Shown here: in pieces, positions 23,001 through 39,000 of the stretch
How positions within the stretch are numbered: the first letter of the stretch is position 1
How the letters are laid out: every line of letters begins with the position of its first letter
DNA from: Balanoglossus misakiensis
Lineage: Eukaryota; Animalia; Hemichordata
Reading direction: 5' to 3'
Assembly: GCA_040954595.2 (NCBI GenBank)
Contig: CM082588.2
Coordinates: 5,024,156-5,088,155, forward strand
Length of the DNA stretch: 64,000 bases
The notes under the pieces: model-generated
Told to the model about the DNA's origin: nothing
What the model saw: only the letters and a program-made list of their open reading frames with translations
The model's database searches: none
Program-made: the position numbers and the translations under genes

Positions 23001-25126
23001 TGAGCGGCCTAAACAGTAGCATTCCACGAAATAACAACCTACGTGTTATTTGCTATGATGAGAAACACGACAAACAAACTCTTAAAGACAGCCCTTGAAA
23101 CGCGTAAAAATACAAGCGAGCACTTGAAGCCCAGCAATATCTGTGAAGGGGTCGTTATTTCTACTTCAGCTATACTATTACGATAAATATATTCGAGGTG
23201 TTTATGAGTTCAAACCATCTGTTTGTGACGGGTGATACAATTACGTAGGCGTACACCTGCTGAAGTATTCGCCCGTCTCATTGTTTCATAGAACAACACA
23301 CGAATTGAAAACATAATTAGCACACAGACTTTGGCTTCTATCCACCGGTGGATATAATTTATTGAAGCTTTTAAAATAATTACATGCTCGTTTTCGTAAT
23401 GCAAATGACACTCAGATGGAAATTTGATAGAGAAGGTTTGCCACCAGGAGTTTGAGTCAGCCTAAACCAGCCTGCTTTTTCGACAATTAAATATGTATCA
23501 GATTTTATGGTCTTAGAACAAAAGGACCATTTGCAAGCTCAATGACAATGGTCGCTTATAGTTTTTACTGCCCGCAAAAATTATAATGTGCGTCATTGAT
23601 GAAGATACATCTGCATATAATATTGTCTCATTAATTTTGCATTTTGCTCATTTATATTCTCTGCACCTATCCTAGATTCATACAAAACTTGACTTTAATC
23701 TGGCAGATTTTATTCTGCAAATGTAATCGATTAGTCATCTGGTTCCATCTCTGTCAATTAGCCCCGGGACTGATCAAACTCATTTCCAAAATGAGTCTTC
23801 TCGTTGGATGTTTGTCATTTTCAACAATGCAGTGCGCGAATGCATCTGGCAAGCTGTTTCCTCCTCGGTCATCACACAGTGCGTTGTACATGCCAATCTG
23901 TCGAATCTCTCTGTTCAATCGAGCGTGGAGGTATATTCATGAGTAATTTGTTTACGACAAGGCGTTCACGGCAACAGTATTAACGGTTTAACGGTATACA
24001 CACTGTTTTCTCTGAAACCCAATAATTAAGCAGATCTTTGTTTATCAAACTGAGCCTATTTTCAATGACATCTGTCTGTATTTGACTATTTGCCTATACC
24101 TGTTATTTTTCCGAACGAAATGCGTACAAAGTGTTGGAACGCAAGGGTATCGAGTCTACAGTTGACGATGGACACGATTGAAACTATTCTGCGATGATTG
24201 TATGTGGATAAACTGTGTAAAACTATCAGCATGCTACCTGTACTATGCACCCGCTGTTTGAGTACGTCAACGAAACATGCTTATTTTGTACACTTTATGG
24301 TCGTATCTCAAAATAGGTCTTGTCCGTTTGATGTTGTTTTTGACATCATAGCATTAGTGAATCATTGTACCTGATTGGATTTTAACGACATTTGCAACGA
24401 TCCCAATTAACAAGTATTGTTTTTGAAGTTGTCCGCGTTAATCAACTTGTTTTTTAATCCCATTATTCTGATTTAGTGACTGGATAGGCGATGGAACGCG
24501 ACCCTATTGTCATCATCAAATAATGCGTGCGTGCCCGCGGTCACAAATTCGTTGGGGCGACCTTGCAAAATGACAATTTACTACCAGCATTATTTTTTAA
24601 TCCTAAATATCGAGCTATTTTGTAACACAATGGAAAATTGCATTAGATTCATAAACACATTGCACGTAGCTGTATTTAGAATAATTCTAATGCCGTATGT
24701 GATATTATTAAAACGATGCACCCACGCGGCAAAAAAAAAACACCTACCTATGGTACTCAGCAGTGTCAGGCAGAAGTATATAGCTGACTGGTAATCCCAG
24801 CTGTAGCCCAACCACGACTTGACGCGGTATTGGCAGGCGCCTTCGAGTTCCTGCTCGAATTCCAGCAACTTCTCGTTGACCATCGCCTCCCATTCATCGG
24901 CGTTCATGACGCGGCGTTGCTGCAGGTCAGCCAGGACTCGCTTGCGGAGGGTCGTCGTGTTCATCTGCGTCTCCTCCCAGTGTTTGTACTCGAGCGCGTG
25001 GAACGCCAGCGCGCCGATCAGCACGTACGACAGGAGGACGATGTGGATGACCGTGCAGGATCGAAAGGACTTCGGACAGCACGGCTTCGCTTTTCGCCTC
25101 TGCCTTTCCTCGCGCGGGAGATACAT
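20025..25126 (-). CDS. Two-pore-domain (K2P) potassium channel, TWIK/TRESK (KCNK18)-like, paralogue A, 2 coding exons, ~390 aa
   Basis: Exon 1 25126-24748 (M1 YVLIGALAFHALE, cap, WDYQSAIYFCLTLLSTIG) splices in phase 1 to exon 2 20818-20025 (YGNIVPATKGGK, M2 YSLIGIP, long M2-M3 loop, WSYLDAVYFCTISYTTVGFGDLVP, M4). Filters TIGYG and TVGFG. Confidence 0.92.
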
Positions 25127-26856
25127 GCCCGGGCTCTGAATCACTGTTGCACTTTAAAACGCTCACAGTTCAACTGATGCCACTGTCTCCACCCATCCCT
25201 GCCAACGACGACTGGGCAATTTCCGCGGTGCTAGGGGGTCCTGGTCGGTTCATTGGCACCGAGCTGTTTGTTTTCCAAGAAAACGAATGACTTACAGTCC
25301 GTGTCATTAAATCTAATGATCATTAGACATTTTAGGATCCATATTAGACTTCGTTATGCCACGATGTTTCAAGTGCCACGGTTCAGAAAATGCAGCAAAT
25401 TACCTGTAATGACAATGACACAAACGGGTGGGTTTATATAGTGATGACTAAAACCTGCAACCAATAACTGAATTATATTGAATTCCTTTAAAAATCGATC
25501 ATGTGTTATGTTGTGTGATGTGGTCGAATTTAAACAACATTGTGGATATGACGTCACCTTTTCAGTAATCGAACGACGACTTTAGGATCTGTGCAGTCTC
25601 GTCCAAACCAAAACTGTACAATTAACGCCAGATGTAAATATGACGCCATATACTTGTATTGGAACATCAACCCCATTTGTAAGCGTAAAAATTGCATTGG
25701 AATCACAATAATGAGTGTTCCTATAATGACTAACAAAGCGAGAAAAACAGTCTCATAAAAATGTCATAACGAGATTTTCTTATCCAGCATATTTGGTAAA
25801 TGGGACCCGCCACATACTGGCAGTCACGCCTTTCCATGGGAACAATATGGGATAATTATGTCAGGAAAAAACATTCTTATATGATTGGTCAAAATATTTA
25901 GTTTTACGGCACGTAATTCTGACATCAATCAATATTTTATAGTCATTAACTTGATATCAATGGCCACCATTTTACCAATCACGATATAATTGTGTTTCAG
26001 ATGCAATAAGTAGCAACTTTTCTCAATTAATGAAAATAATAGGAAATCTGCTAAACGCCGTAAACAAATATAATTGCGTTTTCTTCCCTACAAGCATTTT
26101 CCATGGTAACGAAACGCGACGTAATATGTAATATGTATAATTTTATTTATCTCCTGTCAGTGAGATTAAAGTAAGATTTAGATCCACCTCGTACCTTTGT
26201 CAGTTTTCTTCTCCACAAATTGAAAAAAATGTTTTCACTCCCTCACATATTTTCAGTGACATTAATTATTAAACATTTAATATGTCACAGGCAAAATTAA
26301 GTCACGGTCCATACTACAGGCAGGTATTGTAATTGATAGCCATATCACAAAAGCCAGTGTAGATAAACTGGATCACGATGCGTCCGTTTGTTGTATTCTG
26401 TGGGGAAGAGAGGTCACAGCAAAAGCTGGCGAGGTCTGTGTGTATACCCATTGTCTCCCCACTAGGATAAATCACCTGTCATCAAACGCGCCTGCGCTTT
26501 CTGTCACGACGTGATCGTGAAACAGATTCAACGAGTTCAAATTATCAAAACAATGGTGCAACAGTAGCTAATTCGAAGAATTATACATTCAAAGGCGCCT
26601 TGATGGCAGGTATATCTCAGATGATTATGGACGCCATTGATGAGATCAGTCTGTAGATAACGACCATTTCCGATTATTACCGCAAGATTGCTATACGACG
26701 GGTAACACACGTTTTCAAAATTGTTACAGGCATGCATTATTGATTGAGGAAATATTTTTTTTTGAAACTGTGAGATAGAATAAACGTTCCTTAAAGATAC
26801 GGAAATATAATTATGGCTATATATTATGCGTCTTACAATAGATCCACATCAGTGAA

Positions 26857-26872
26857 TGTGTGTGTGTGTGTG
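26857..26872. repeat. (TG)n microsatellite
   Basis: About 8 TG units. Confidence 0.7.
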
Positions 26873-29800
26873 TAATATATCACAACGAAAAGACTTTTTT
26901 ACAATATAAAATGACATTCAATATTGACATTAGGCCTAATTAGTGTTATTTCATTTCCCTTCCGCTAAGTAAACTCACTCACATTCCGTACACGGGCCTA
27001 ATACACCTGTTATGAGGTTTAGAGGCAGTGAGTTAACCTGAAACAACCAGTAACTGTGCACATTTCTGAAAGCAGAATAACACCCAGCAAAACTGAGAAA
27101 CGAAATTAAAAATAACCAAAATGGTGTCAAAATTGAGAAACCTTTACCCCTTCAATATTAATTTTAGGAATGACCTAAATGTCTTCGAAAGGGCGTGGAC
27201 CTATGTCAGTGAGATCCCCCGCAAATGACATTCCGCCAAGTGTCCTAATTTTCAAAAGCTGAAGTATGTTTTTTTTCATTATAGCACGTAATTAGCGCAT
27301 ATGCATATAGAATAGTGTCAAGTTGTATCTCATACAGGGTAGGGATTTTTTTTTCCATTCCCTGGCGTCTTCACGCGTCATCTGAAGTGGAATGAATTAA
27401 ATAAACATAATGATGTCGTTATCGTGATTAAAACTGTCATGTCAGCGTGCACTCGATCTGTCCGCATGGAAGCGTAAAATTAATCAGCCCAAGTCTCGGC
27501 GCTTTTATGAAAAATCGGTTTCGGCGCTATATGAAATTTCGTGAAGAAGTGTGTTCGTGTTGCCGTTAATTTTACTCGTGCCGTCTTGTTGGTCATATTC
27601 ATCGTTATGCATGACCATTGTAACTCTTGCTGTTTGGGGGAATGTCTGGCGTCTGCACCTGTTATCGCATTCACGGCTCATTATTTCCCATTGTTTTCTG
27701 ACCTTTTGGCGGAATGTAGGGGAAGTTGACCGTTGTTTACCGAGTGATCAGAGAATAACATTTTTGGGGGGAGGCTAGGGAGCTCATAAAATGCATCATG
27801 CAAAACCGTTGCTATAACTTCATGAAGTTATACATATTGTTGCTGCATTGTCATTAGCCAATATTTTCCCCAAACGAATCGTCACGGGTATTTACATTGC
27901 AGATGACTGTGACCTACAAACTCTGAAAGACTCGTCTGGCTTCGAATGCATGTTTTCCGCTCATAGCGAGATCTCGCGAGACGTGGTTAATCACCACAGC
28001 AACGCCGGGGTTGCAGCCGAGTTTAACATAAATTGTATGTTTAACAAAACTGTATGTTTTCTGCCGTTTAATACGAAGGATCATGGGTTGTTTTTCCTGT
28101 GTCACGTGACGTTTCTCTCGTGTTACATGAATATTCTCTCATATAAACTTCCTGGCCACGCGAAATCTCGCAGGGGCTCGCGGGATGCGGAATGTGGTCT
28201 ATTATACTGACTCGTTTAGAGACAAGCAAAATCTCACCTGACCGGTACAGATGATGGTTCCGCTACATGTGTGGGTACAGCGATGGTGGAAATTAAATAA
28301 ACCATCCACCAACTTTCACGACATATTGTAATCCATCGAGCGTGTCAACGAGGAAAGTTTACGACGTTTAATATCCTATGGCCTTCGACTGGCCTTTGAT
28401 GACATGATTTTTCATCAAGAGACGCGGAGTACAAACAGGAAACGGAAGTCGACAGGTTAGCGAGACCTAAATTCGGTTCATTGCATTAATTACTTATGGG
28501 GAAGGGAGCTACAATCCTGGTGCGGAATCTAGTTCTTTCAGGACAAGTTTTCTTCTCTTTAAAACAAGACTGTTCTCACACTTACTAGCAAAAAATGAAA
28601 AGAGTGGAGGACTACTATTATTCTGACAACCTGTCCTCGAGGCGCGTACTACCCTAAGTGACTAGCACGATATGTTTGAATGCAATGATTGGATCACATT
28701 TTAAGTACCGTACTTCAAACAAGCTACATACATGATTGTGTCTACCACATGGTTCTATTCACGAGGATTTGCCCAGAGATGTAAATTAAACGAACCAAAA
28801 TTAGTTGCTATTCAACCCAGTGTTTAAGCTGCGATCTCCATACGAATGAAGATGTCAGCTTTAGGTGCACATGTTCACACGTTTCCTCGAAGAAATACTC
28901 TATTTCTGAAAAGGTCGTGAACTCTTAGTTTAATGAAGTATACGGCGAAATGGGCTACATGGCCTCACATAAAAAGGTAAGGATATCAATTCGAAGAGCA
29001 AGACTGTCTGTTGTCGTCGTTTTCCTGCAACGAGGAAGGGATACGTGATAAAATTGCTCAAAAACCGTCTGGCGAAGATCTATAGACGCACACAACTCCC
29101 AGGAGCTTATTGATATGCGTATCGGGTATATCAAACGAGCTCATCACATGCACGAGGAAACGGTTGCTAAGTATCCAGACGACTTTGTGGTATTTATGTT
29201 CATCTTGGTGTTTTGGTATTCTGAAAGATTGCTGTGTTTATTTTTTTAATGTTTTCCAAGTGGAATTTTAGTGACTATAGGCCTACATACACGTATTTAT
29301 GAAAATTTATCATACGAAGGTTTGGGTTACATGATGGTTACATAAATAATCCATATAACACCAAATTTATTCAAATATATATATTGACATACACACGAGG
29401 GGTTTTTCAGGCAACGGCAAACTATATATGCATCGATTTCAACAGCCCAAAAACTGAAGTCCAAAGGACGTCAACCCAAAATCGCAGTAAATAATGCCAA
29501 CTCATTTCGATGATCAATACATGTCGATACAAGGCCAACTGTTTCCATCATTGAAAATCAATCATGTCGTTTTGCGAAACCCGCCTTTATTGCACTTGCA
29601 GTCGCATCGATTCAAGAGCGACCTATACCCAAGGCAATAATTTCAACCGATTCTTACATCGATCTATTCCTCCTTAGATATCGCCATGGTAACGTTGACT
29701 CCGCATCATAACCGATACATTGGTCATCCGTTACGCCAGCTCTTCGTGAGATCAAACACATTGTTATTGTATTGCTCGAAGCGATTGCCATTCGTCGCTA

Positions 29801-32800
29801 AGTATCAAGGCAGCAAACTGTGAAAGTCTGTCCAATTTGAAAATGCAGTGCACGCTCCTGATTGTCTTTAAAAGACTGATTATTCGACATCTGTTCATGA
29901 CTTCGTGTTTATACGTGCACAATATTTATAGAACCCTGTCTTGTTGCCAATTTTAACTAGTTTCGAGAATACGCGTCCGCGAGTACATGGTTAACGCAAC
30001 TAATAAAAACACTATGCAAATGCCAAACAGTATAGGCGCTACAACCTGCGCTATCACCTAGTGATACAAACGACATTATTCCCAGACTTCAACAACGTGT
30101 ACGATCAACTGAAATTCATGATCATACATGCGCGACGCCACGTCACTCGCGGACTAGTAATGGTGGCGCTGTCCCAACAGATGCCCCTGAATTGATCAAT
30201 CTGGCTCCCCTAAGTTAGTAATCACTATGACCGTCTCTGCATTGACTTCAAGTACATCGGTGTCCATACCAAAACCATTATGTATTCATTTGGCAAACTC
30301 AATAATGCCTTGCATTCCAAAATGATTGCAAAGATTTTTGTTTAACTCTCCGATCTACTCACGACCCGTCATTATTTTGGGACTATAACAACAAAGTCCC
30401 GTTTAACCTATCCGTCTCAATCACTCAAAATCCACCAGTTCACCACCGTCCCACAACACTTGCTGTACATCCCTAAAGCTAAGCATCTTTCATTCAAATA
30501 TTGTGCATCTCTGCAAAGCCATGACACAACTAGTTGGCCTTTAGCTACAGCGCGTCTGCTGAATGTGTCAAAGACGAATAAACAAGTCTTCTAACACTTG
30601 GTGGCGCTTAGTCCCCAAAGAAGATATCACGCATTCGCCAGAGTCAGAATGTCAGTAAGACTTACCATTCTTTGCTATTTTCGCACAGGATGCTTGAATC
30701 ACAGACGCATGTGTTGTGTCGCTCGCTATATCACATACTCAGTGCAACCTAATATCGCTGAAAGAGTACCCAACGTGCAACTAGTACGTAAAACAGCGAC
30801 CACGGTCACACGCGCATGTGGTGCTGTGGCCTTCTTACTGCGCGGCTTGATATATAGGTCACAGACTGGGGTCAGGTCGCACAAGTAGTTCCCGTTCTGG
30901 CGTGCAAAAAATGTAGTTCCGGTTCGAATACACATAGCTTGACGTGTTTCACTTGGAAGGATGCGGTGATTGAAATCGGTGAACAATAATGGTATTTTGT
31001 GCCTGATTGTAATTTTAACCACAGTCACCGTGTTTTAACTAAAGCAGGGTATTAACACGAGGGTTGGCGGCCATTCTGATTTGCAATGATTTGCACATTG
31101 CCGCTGGTTATAGGTGTCATCGACTCAGTAGTCCTACTTACCTTGATTACAAATCGCTTCCTGCTATTAGACCTATCCTTTCAACATTTCCGTCGCATAT
31201 GATACGTATTTGTCGGTAAGCTGGTTGGCTGATGACTTCCGCAGCTGTGTCCATTTGCACAATACCATTGACACATTTATATGAAGTCCATAATGATCAA
31301 AAATCCTGGTGGTTTTAACGATTGATACAGCTAAGACTAAGAAAGACCTTAGAGATAACATGCATGTGATTCCTGGCGCCTCGTTGCAATATATCAGAAT
31401 GTATCGATTTACTGGGGTAACACCAGTCATCTCTGCTGCTGGAACAGTAAAACTTCCCTGGGGAGTCTGATAGCAATATGAAATAATGAATGGTCCATTA
31501 TAGTGGACCATCCCCGGAGACGTGCAATAGTAATACCGGACCGTATAATCATATCGCAACATTCCCAACAGTTGCTCAAAATGTATCAAAAACCTCGGAT
31601 GGTATGCAACACCACACAGTACAAAATACATTTTATTAAAATCAAGAAGTTGTTTTTGTGCTTCGATTTTCTTTGATATGAAAAATTCCCCGGAATAATG
31701 TTCTATTTGAAATATTCTGCTTTTAAAATTACAATACCCGTTGAAACAAGCGAAAACGTGTCTGCACAATAACATGGCCAGCTGTCACGGTTTATCAACG
31801 TCATTAAGCGATATTTATATTATAATCTGTTCTAAAAATATCATCTAGTAAATGTGATTGGAAAAGTTATGTTTATTTATCCAAAATAACTCAGACAGCC
31901 ATGATTTACTCGGCGTATACGTGCATACGTGCATGAATGAAGAAGACAAACCAAAATAGCTGTAAATGTATGAAACTGACAGTCATTGTTTTAATCACAG
32001 TTTTTCAGTTTCAAAACATACATTCTTCATAAAAACGTTCTTAGGTGCAGGGATTGTCGGCCATTTTGAATTTCAAATTTGAGAGGATTTGCTCCCTCTT
32101 TCAAAATTTTGTACCACGGCCCCAGATGTTTATTTTCAATTTTGAGAAATTATCTTAGACTTTGATTTTAAGATACCAACTACCTTGTTACAAGATGAAA
32201 CTCAGGCCATGGCCTATATGAGTGTTTTTAAGTTAAACGTTATTTGTTGCAAACTGGGATTGAAGAAAAATCTGACCTCAAGAGACATTGACCACCGATT
32301 GATTTTTTTTATAATGACCACTAAAATAGCACCGCATTTTATATCATACTCGTAAAAGCAATGAGTCAAGGTGGCACATGTCTATCTTTTTGTGCGCATG
32401 TTCACATTTAAATGTCAAACCGCAATCAGAGGCTGTGTATACACACCAATAAGCTTATTTACATGCACCAACTAATTTTGAAAGTGAAATAATGAAAACA
32501 GAGCGAAAAGTGGCGGCAGTTTATGGGGCTCTACAAAATCCAACAAGACTACCCACGTGTCCAAAATATGACAAAAACAATGTACATGTATGTGCTCTTT
32601 GAGAGTTAAATTCAGTTTCAGTATTTTTGGCACGCATTGAAAAATAAATGCACTTCTATTTCCACTGTACTTTACATTAAATATCTTTTGATATCCATAT
32701 AGGCTTGCGCGTGAGGCATATTATGAACTGTTATTCGACCAGAAACACTCTATTGTGCAACATGACGTGAGAAATTGCCTCCCGGATGCCGGAAAACTCA

Positions 32801-33069
32801 AATAGAAAATATTAGGATATTTTGGTGTGGAAAAGTATAAAATTATGAAAAATAATTTCGCAAGCTTTCATATTGAGATTCTGGACGTACTGGCAATTAA
32901 TACATGGACAATATCATAAATAGGCCAGTTTCATGACCCCTGAGTAACATTACATCCATGGTGTTTTGCTTGTGGTATTTCATGTACCATTCCCCCTTTT
33001 TGTAAAATGCGATGCGAACGGGATTGTTAGGCAGGTGTTCCAGCTAGCATTCGTGAAAAAAACTCCACA

Positions 33070-36000
33070 TCAAGGTTTCACCTGCCTTGGAATATCATCT
33101 CGCCCAAACATCTTCCTTGCAAAGCAACGAATTCTATCCTGGGAGAGACTCAAACAACTCGACATCATTACCATGCCTGTGATAATGAACGCGGCTATCA
33201 GCGCTTGCTGCGATATTGGGTCCTCGGTGTTATACACCGGAATCAAGTCGCCAAAGCCTACTGTAGTGAAGGTTATGGTACAAAAATATATCGCCTCTGT
33301 GAACGACCAATTTTCTGAGGATGCAAAGACTGCTGCGCCTATACATATGTACAATATTAGTAAAACTACAAGGAAAGTAAGAGGGACGTCCTCAGCCGGC
33401 TTCATTCGAAATTTGAGATTCTTCGCGCCTAATTGCGATTGCTCGTCTCCTTCTTCACAAAACTGACCGGTGTGTACGTTACTGGTAGTTCCTATTTCTT
33501 CAGCATCGTCAGCTATAACTTTGTGCGAGTCAGCATCATCACCATCACTGCCATCATCAACATCATCATCATTGCATGCGAAATTTTGTTGTGTCTGGAC
33601 ACCGATCGTCCTGGTTGCGGCGTAGTCGTTGTCGGCAACTGTCCGCACTGTACGGGCCACCCTGTGAGCACTCCGGAGATCATCCAAACTTTCCGCGGCA
33701 CTGTGATACACATCGCCGTTGAGATCTCCCACGCACACCTCGTCAAATGACACGTCGTTTCTCTCCGTGCACACGCTTTCTGAGATCGTCTCAACGGTGC
33801 TCCGCCTGACAATCCGCCGCTCCGCATCCCTGTCCACGACCGCATCTTCATCGTTCATGCACACATCGTTCCGATACACAATCTGCTTGTAGCGCAGCAG
33901 CGACAAATCGTTGTCGAAGGCCGTCGGCTGGAGGCCGTCTTCGATGGCTTCCTGCATCATCTGGTTTTCAAGCTGAGAGGCATTGTTCGCTGTGTCGTAC
34001 GTGGGACCCTGCCTGTCTTCCATGTTGTACGAGCGCCGCAGTTTATTCCTCAGGCGTATTTTCCTGATAGACAACACACTCCGCCTGTAGATCTTCCTTA
34101 GTGGCGTTGCAATCAGATCACCCAGCTTAGCAAGATACAGAAAGTACAGCGGAATTCCAATGACGGCATAAAATGTACACAGGAGTCGACCAGCTGTGGT
34201 TTTTGGTGTCATGTGGCCGTACCCTGTTGGAAATAAAAAATAACAATAATTACTTATTGACTTTAGATACAGTATCTTTCCGTACTAGAACAATATTGAG
34301 TGGTCGACATCTCAACAATAAATCATCTTATTTGACCCACATAGTATGAAATGAAAATGTATTAACCTGATAACAACTGCAGACGGAAATTAAATTGATC
34401 GATTTTATAACTTTGATAACCCCTTGTTGAACTTTTTACTACAGTAACATCTGTAGCCACATTACACACTGTACCTATACTGAAGTTGTATTAAAAAAAT
34501 ACTGAAGGCAAATTATATCCACTGTTAGTGTTAATTGTACTTCGGGGCTGGCGACAGAGATAGGACGAGTGGGTTTTTTACCATCGCCCACAATTTTATG
34601 TGACGCACATTGGCAATTTAATTATGACCAAACGTTGAATGCCTGGCGGGGTATTTTCGTATATACGGTAATCAATAAATAGACCGGTGGCCATCTGGGT
34701 TTTATTTTTACTTAGCTGAGCTCTACATTCAGCATTCATTCACGGATCGATGATTTCCCTGATCGATTATATAACTCTTATACACAGTGCTTGAAAATAA
34801 AAACCCTTTGCGCGAGGATGACCTTAAACTAGAAATTATCAAACCCCACCAGTTCTATGACGTTTGAGTTGCAATCATTTTACACGCAAAGATTATTGAT
34901 TCTCTGTGTGTTATGGCACGATAATTCGACGGTTGCCACAACAAATTGAACACCAGAAAACCATGACCAACAAGTAGTGAAGAAAAACGGGAAAACGTCA
35001 GACTGATCATTGCCAAACAATTTTCAAAGCAAAGTCTCATCTTTAAATATCTGATTTACACACCCATGTGTACATGCAGTCACTCCAAGTAAACATTTCA
35101 TTTCCAAAGTATAACATTCATTCTTTCAAATGTCACGTATCTGCCATTGTCTATACCTCAAACCTAACTATTCAGTTGGCTTTGATAATTGCAGTAGAGA
35201 CTCTATTTACACTATCTACTTGCTTATTCGTGTTTTTTTTCCTATTTTACCGTTATGTTTACTGATGTCACACAACCACCAAAATTATACATTTTCTATT
35301 TTATGCATTGAAAGTGTGCTGAAATTAATATTTTTCCCTCCAGACTCCAGAGAATGTTTTTGCTTGTTTCTTGAAGTCAATGCAAGCGCCATTTTGGATT
35401 TCAAGGCGGTCTTACACATGCCTGTAGGCTGTAGCGATATGAATGGCCCAAGTCTTCAGGCATTCGTCAGAAAATCGTTTAAGGAAGTGTGTCCATTCTG
35501 TCTTCAAATAGCTTGACGTCACGAAGATGCCTGTTACATACAAGTTGACAAAGAAGAAACCAAAGCTAGGCATGGGTTCGTATGGGTGACTTGTGTGACA
35601 TATATATCGCTACAGTTAGACAAGAATAAGCCAAGTATACAATAAAGCTTTCAGCTTACTTGGTAACCTGTCTAGAGTTACCTCTCTGTATTATACCGCC
35701 GCGATTATGACTTTTATTCAACACTACAAATTACCAGTAAAGGATCTTTTTTCAGCCTTAGAACATACAAAACAAGCCAATTAAGCTCATCTCCCACTGT
35801 GATTACTATAGTAAAGGCCAATTTAAATCTAATGTAATCTTTTGATCTTAGAATCTTGCTGGATTGGCTTCGTAAATGGCCCACCATTTCCAAATCTTAC
35901 CATCTACAGCATTGACGGTTTCTCTTGCAGATACTAGTTTCGCATTTCCAAATTTTAAAGACATAATTGCTTTCAGTGCCTTTGTTTCATGTTTTACTCT

Positions 36001-39000
36001 GGTTGCAGCAGCAGAGTCCACGCTTTCCTCATTTCCACTGGTTTTGTGGAAGCTTCGTCAAGAAAATTGAAATTTCTAGTAATATAAGCACGTCAGGCAA
36101 ATCGGCAATTGTTCAGCTATATGATAAATGATCTTTAGCAAAACCAGGAAATAATCATACTTGTTGTCGGAAAAGGTCAAACTCGTTGACATTCTAAGTC
36201 GTTGTTGTCGATTGGCGAGATTTAGCGTTGGAAAGAGAATGATGACGTGCATGCAAAGTATGCGCCCTTACAATTGCGTGCAAAGTAGAAGATTCGATTT
36301 CATTCTTAAGGAATGACGATGATTAATCTCCGTGTTTTCCCCGGGATTGTTGAATGTGGAGTCTGCACTGTAAGGCGCCATGACAATGGTTTTTCTGTGA
36401 GTGAACACATTCAACTAAGTTTATCTCAAAACTGAGCACGGTGACAATACGATTTTAAACGAGTACTGAATTCAATTTCACTTTCCTTTGTAAATTATCA
36501 ACATATGGAAGAATAAACTGCGTCATTACAGTTGATTTCAAACTGATGCTTTGCCTCTATTGTGGATTTTGTAAATGATACTTGTAAGGTCACTCCGTTG
36601 TTATAAATACATCTGAAAAATAATAGCTTTTAATGTTATCCAGATGGTGCAGTCGCAACCTTTCCAATTTTGCTTCCTTGCGAATAATGAATCATGGGTT
36701 GTATCTGATATTTTGAAAAATCAGATAAGTATTATACACGAGAAGAAATAAACAGATTCCACTTTATTATAAATTCCGCCGCTGACTGGCATTATTTTAT
36801 TTCTCAACACCTGAGCAAAGTTTGTGTGCGTAGACGTTAAGTTTAAGTTTCCAAGTGGCACATTGATGTTAACATATGATTGTCATTTGGTACAAGTTGA
36901 TAATCTGCTAGCAGACACATATCCAGTGCAAGCTGACTTTTCTGTTATATTTGCGCTTTTCTATTGAATGTGTTTCTCTAAACCCAGCTAAGGCCTAAGT
37001 CACACGACTGGCATCATTCAGGATTATGTCCATAAGTCAATTATCTATTTGTCACAAGTATGTCAACTAGATGGTGCGAGCTACGTCAGCATGTTAACTC
37101 TATTGACGGTCTTATTTTGTCTGCAGTGAATCGATAAAATGATGCTTCGGGCATTTAGAAAAAGATCAGAGCTTCTTGAATGACTGAGATATAAATGTCT
37201 CTGTCAACGCATACATCTTCGTGTCATAAACCTCTCACAAAACTGCCAGTATTAAGCGACAGTAAAAATATCTGATGTTCGATTGCAGTATCTTGTGGGT
37301 TTGAATTACAACGTAACATGCCACATTACAGACCACTGCAAAAATATACAATATATTAACCCAATTTGAACCATATTATGATTATAAGATTTCCAGTAAT
37401 ATCGTATAAATCAACTGAATGTAATGAAACTGCAAATTATAGATTTGCCGCTGTCATTGTTCAAATAAATTCTCATAGGTTACGGACTGTTAAGCAAATC
37501 TTGACAAAATGGTCAAAGTCTTATTCTCACAAAGTCGTACAAATCGGGTATTACCTATAGAATGTATCACGCGCTTGTTTCGCTGCATTGGTGGTATTTA
37601 CTATAAACGTCCTCTATCACATTCAGCCAGTTTACACTACAGTACAATACTTGTGATTGAAATGCTAAATTGTAAACAGTGGTCGCCGTATGATGATAAA
37701 TGGAAACAGGTTATTAAAGTGCAGAATCTGAACTGGGTCAATTAATCTCTTCCACGAATAGCACATCCATTCTCCTCAAAATACCCCCTAAATGTTTTAC
37801 AGGCTTAAGTGATCAGAAATAAAATGTCAACACGTAGTACCTGGAATAATCTTAATAAGGACAAATTATTCTGTTGATTTCTATTAAAGCGAAATAATAA
37901 AGGAAAGTGGTTTGATCCGTGGTGTGCTACAAGTAGCGATGTATTATTATCTAGTGAAGCGCTGATTATTTGTCTGGGGAAACTATATTCAATATGGAGG
38001 TTGGTATGAAGAGCTACGGTGTCGACAATTCCTCTTTTTAATGAAAATGTCGATAAACAATAGAATCACAGACGAAGACTAAGATTTGTTTCTCTTTCCG
38101 TGATAGAGAAAAAATATTTCGAGCTTTGAGTTATCACGCAGGATCATCCAACCTGAACTCGATTTCTGTCAAACATCCTTCACATTTATGTAAGGTCAAA
38201 CAAAGGACGACAACATTGTATTATGGATTTTAATAGAACCGTTTGGTTTATATAAATGATGGGTTTGTTCTTTGATGACTGCGGTCACTCGGTATTGTCC
38301 ATCAATCTTGTTTCATTGTTTGTCACGTTGTAACATCTGATGGCTATAATTGGTTTCTATGTGAACTTGAAATAATAGACTATTTTGTGATAATCAGATA
38401 ATGGCATATACTGAGTGGGTTTTGTTTACGGAGAAAGTCGTGTTTATGGCAGGGTGTGAACCAAACACAATAAAAATCCAGCGGGTGTTGTATACGCGTA
38501 GTCTACTCAGATGTTTACCCTTCGTCTAGATTCAGCTACCCCAAAATAGTTCTTTTTCAAGGACAGTGTATATAGACACAAATCATTTACGTTTATCGTG
38601 CAAAGAAAAAAAGTACTCGTATCTAATTGAAGGACAAACTCACTGATTGTGATAAACGGACACCTCACCACTGTTGTGCGCAAGGTTACATAATTTGTGA
38701 AACATGGCCAAATGTTACATGTTAACAGCCCTGCCCATGTTTTGCGGTTGTGCCTCATGGCTGTCTTTCCACATCGTCATTTTGTTTAATCCTATCATCC
38801 ATTCTTTGTAGCGCATTTTCGCAGATAAGCCTATTACCGTCTCCAGCAGGCATTGGAGAAAGAAATCATCACACACTTCTCGTCCTAAGCTGTTACCTTA
38901 ATATGAATGCAGTTAGTAAAAGCAAATGTGGTATTTTAATGATATTCCTACAGAAATCTACAACTACAATGTAAAGCATGGACGTGATTTGATGTGGTAT

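Noticed and set aside
31173-31775. 200-aa minus-strand ORF between the K2P genes
   Set aside because: Composition typical of translated AT-rich non-coding DNA, with no domain motifs.
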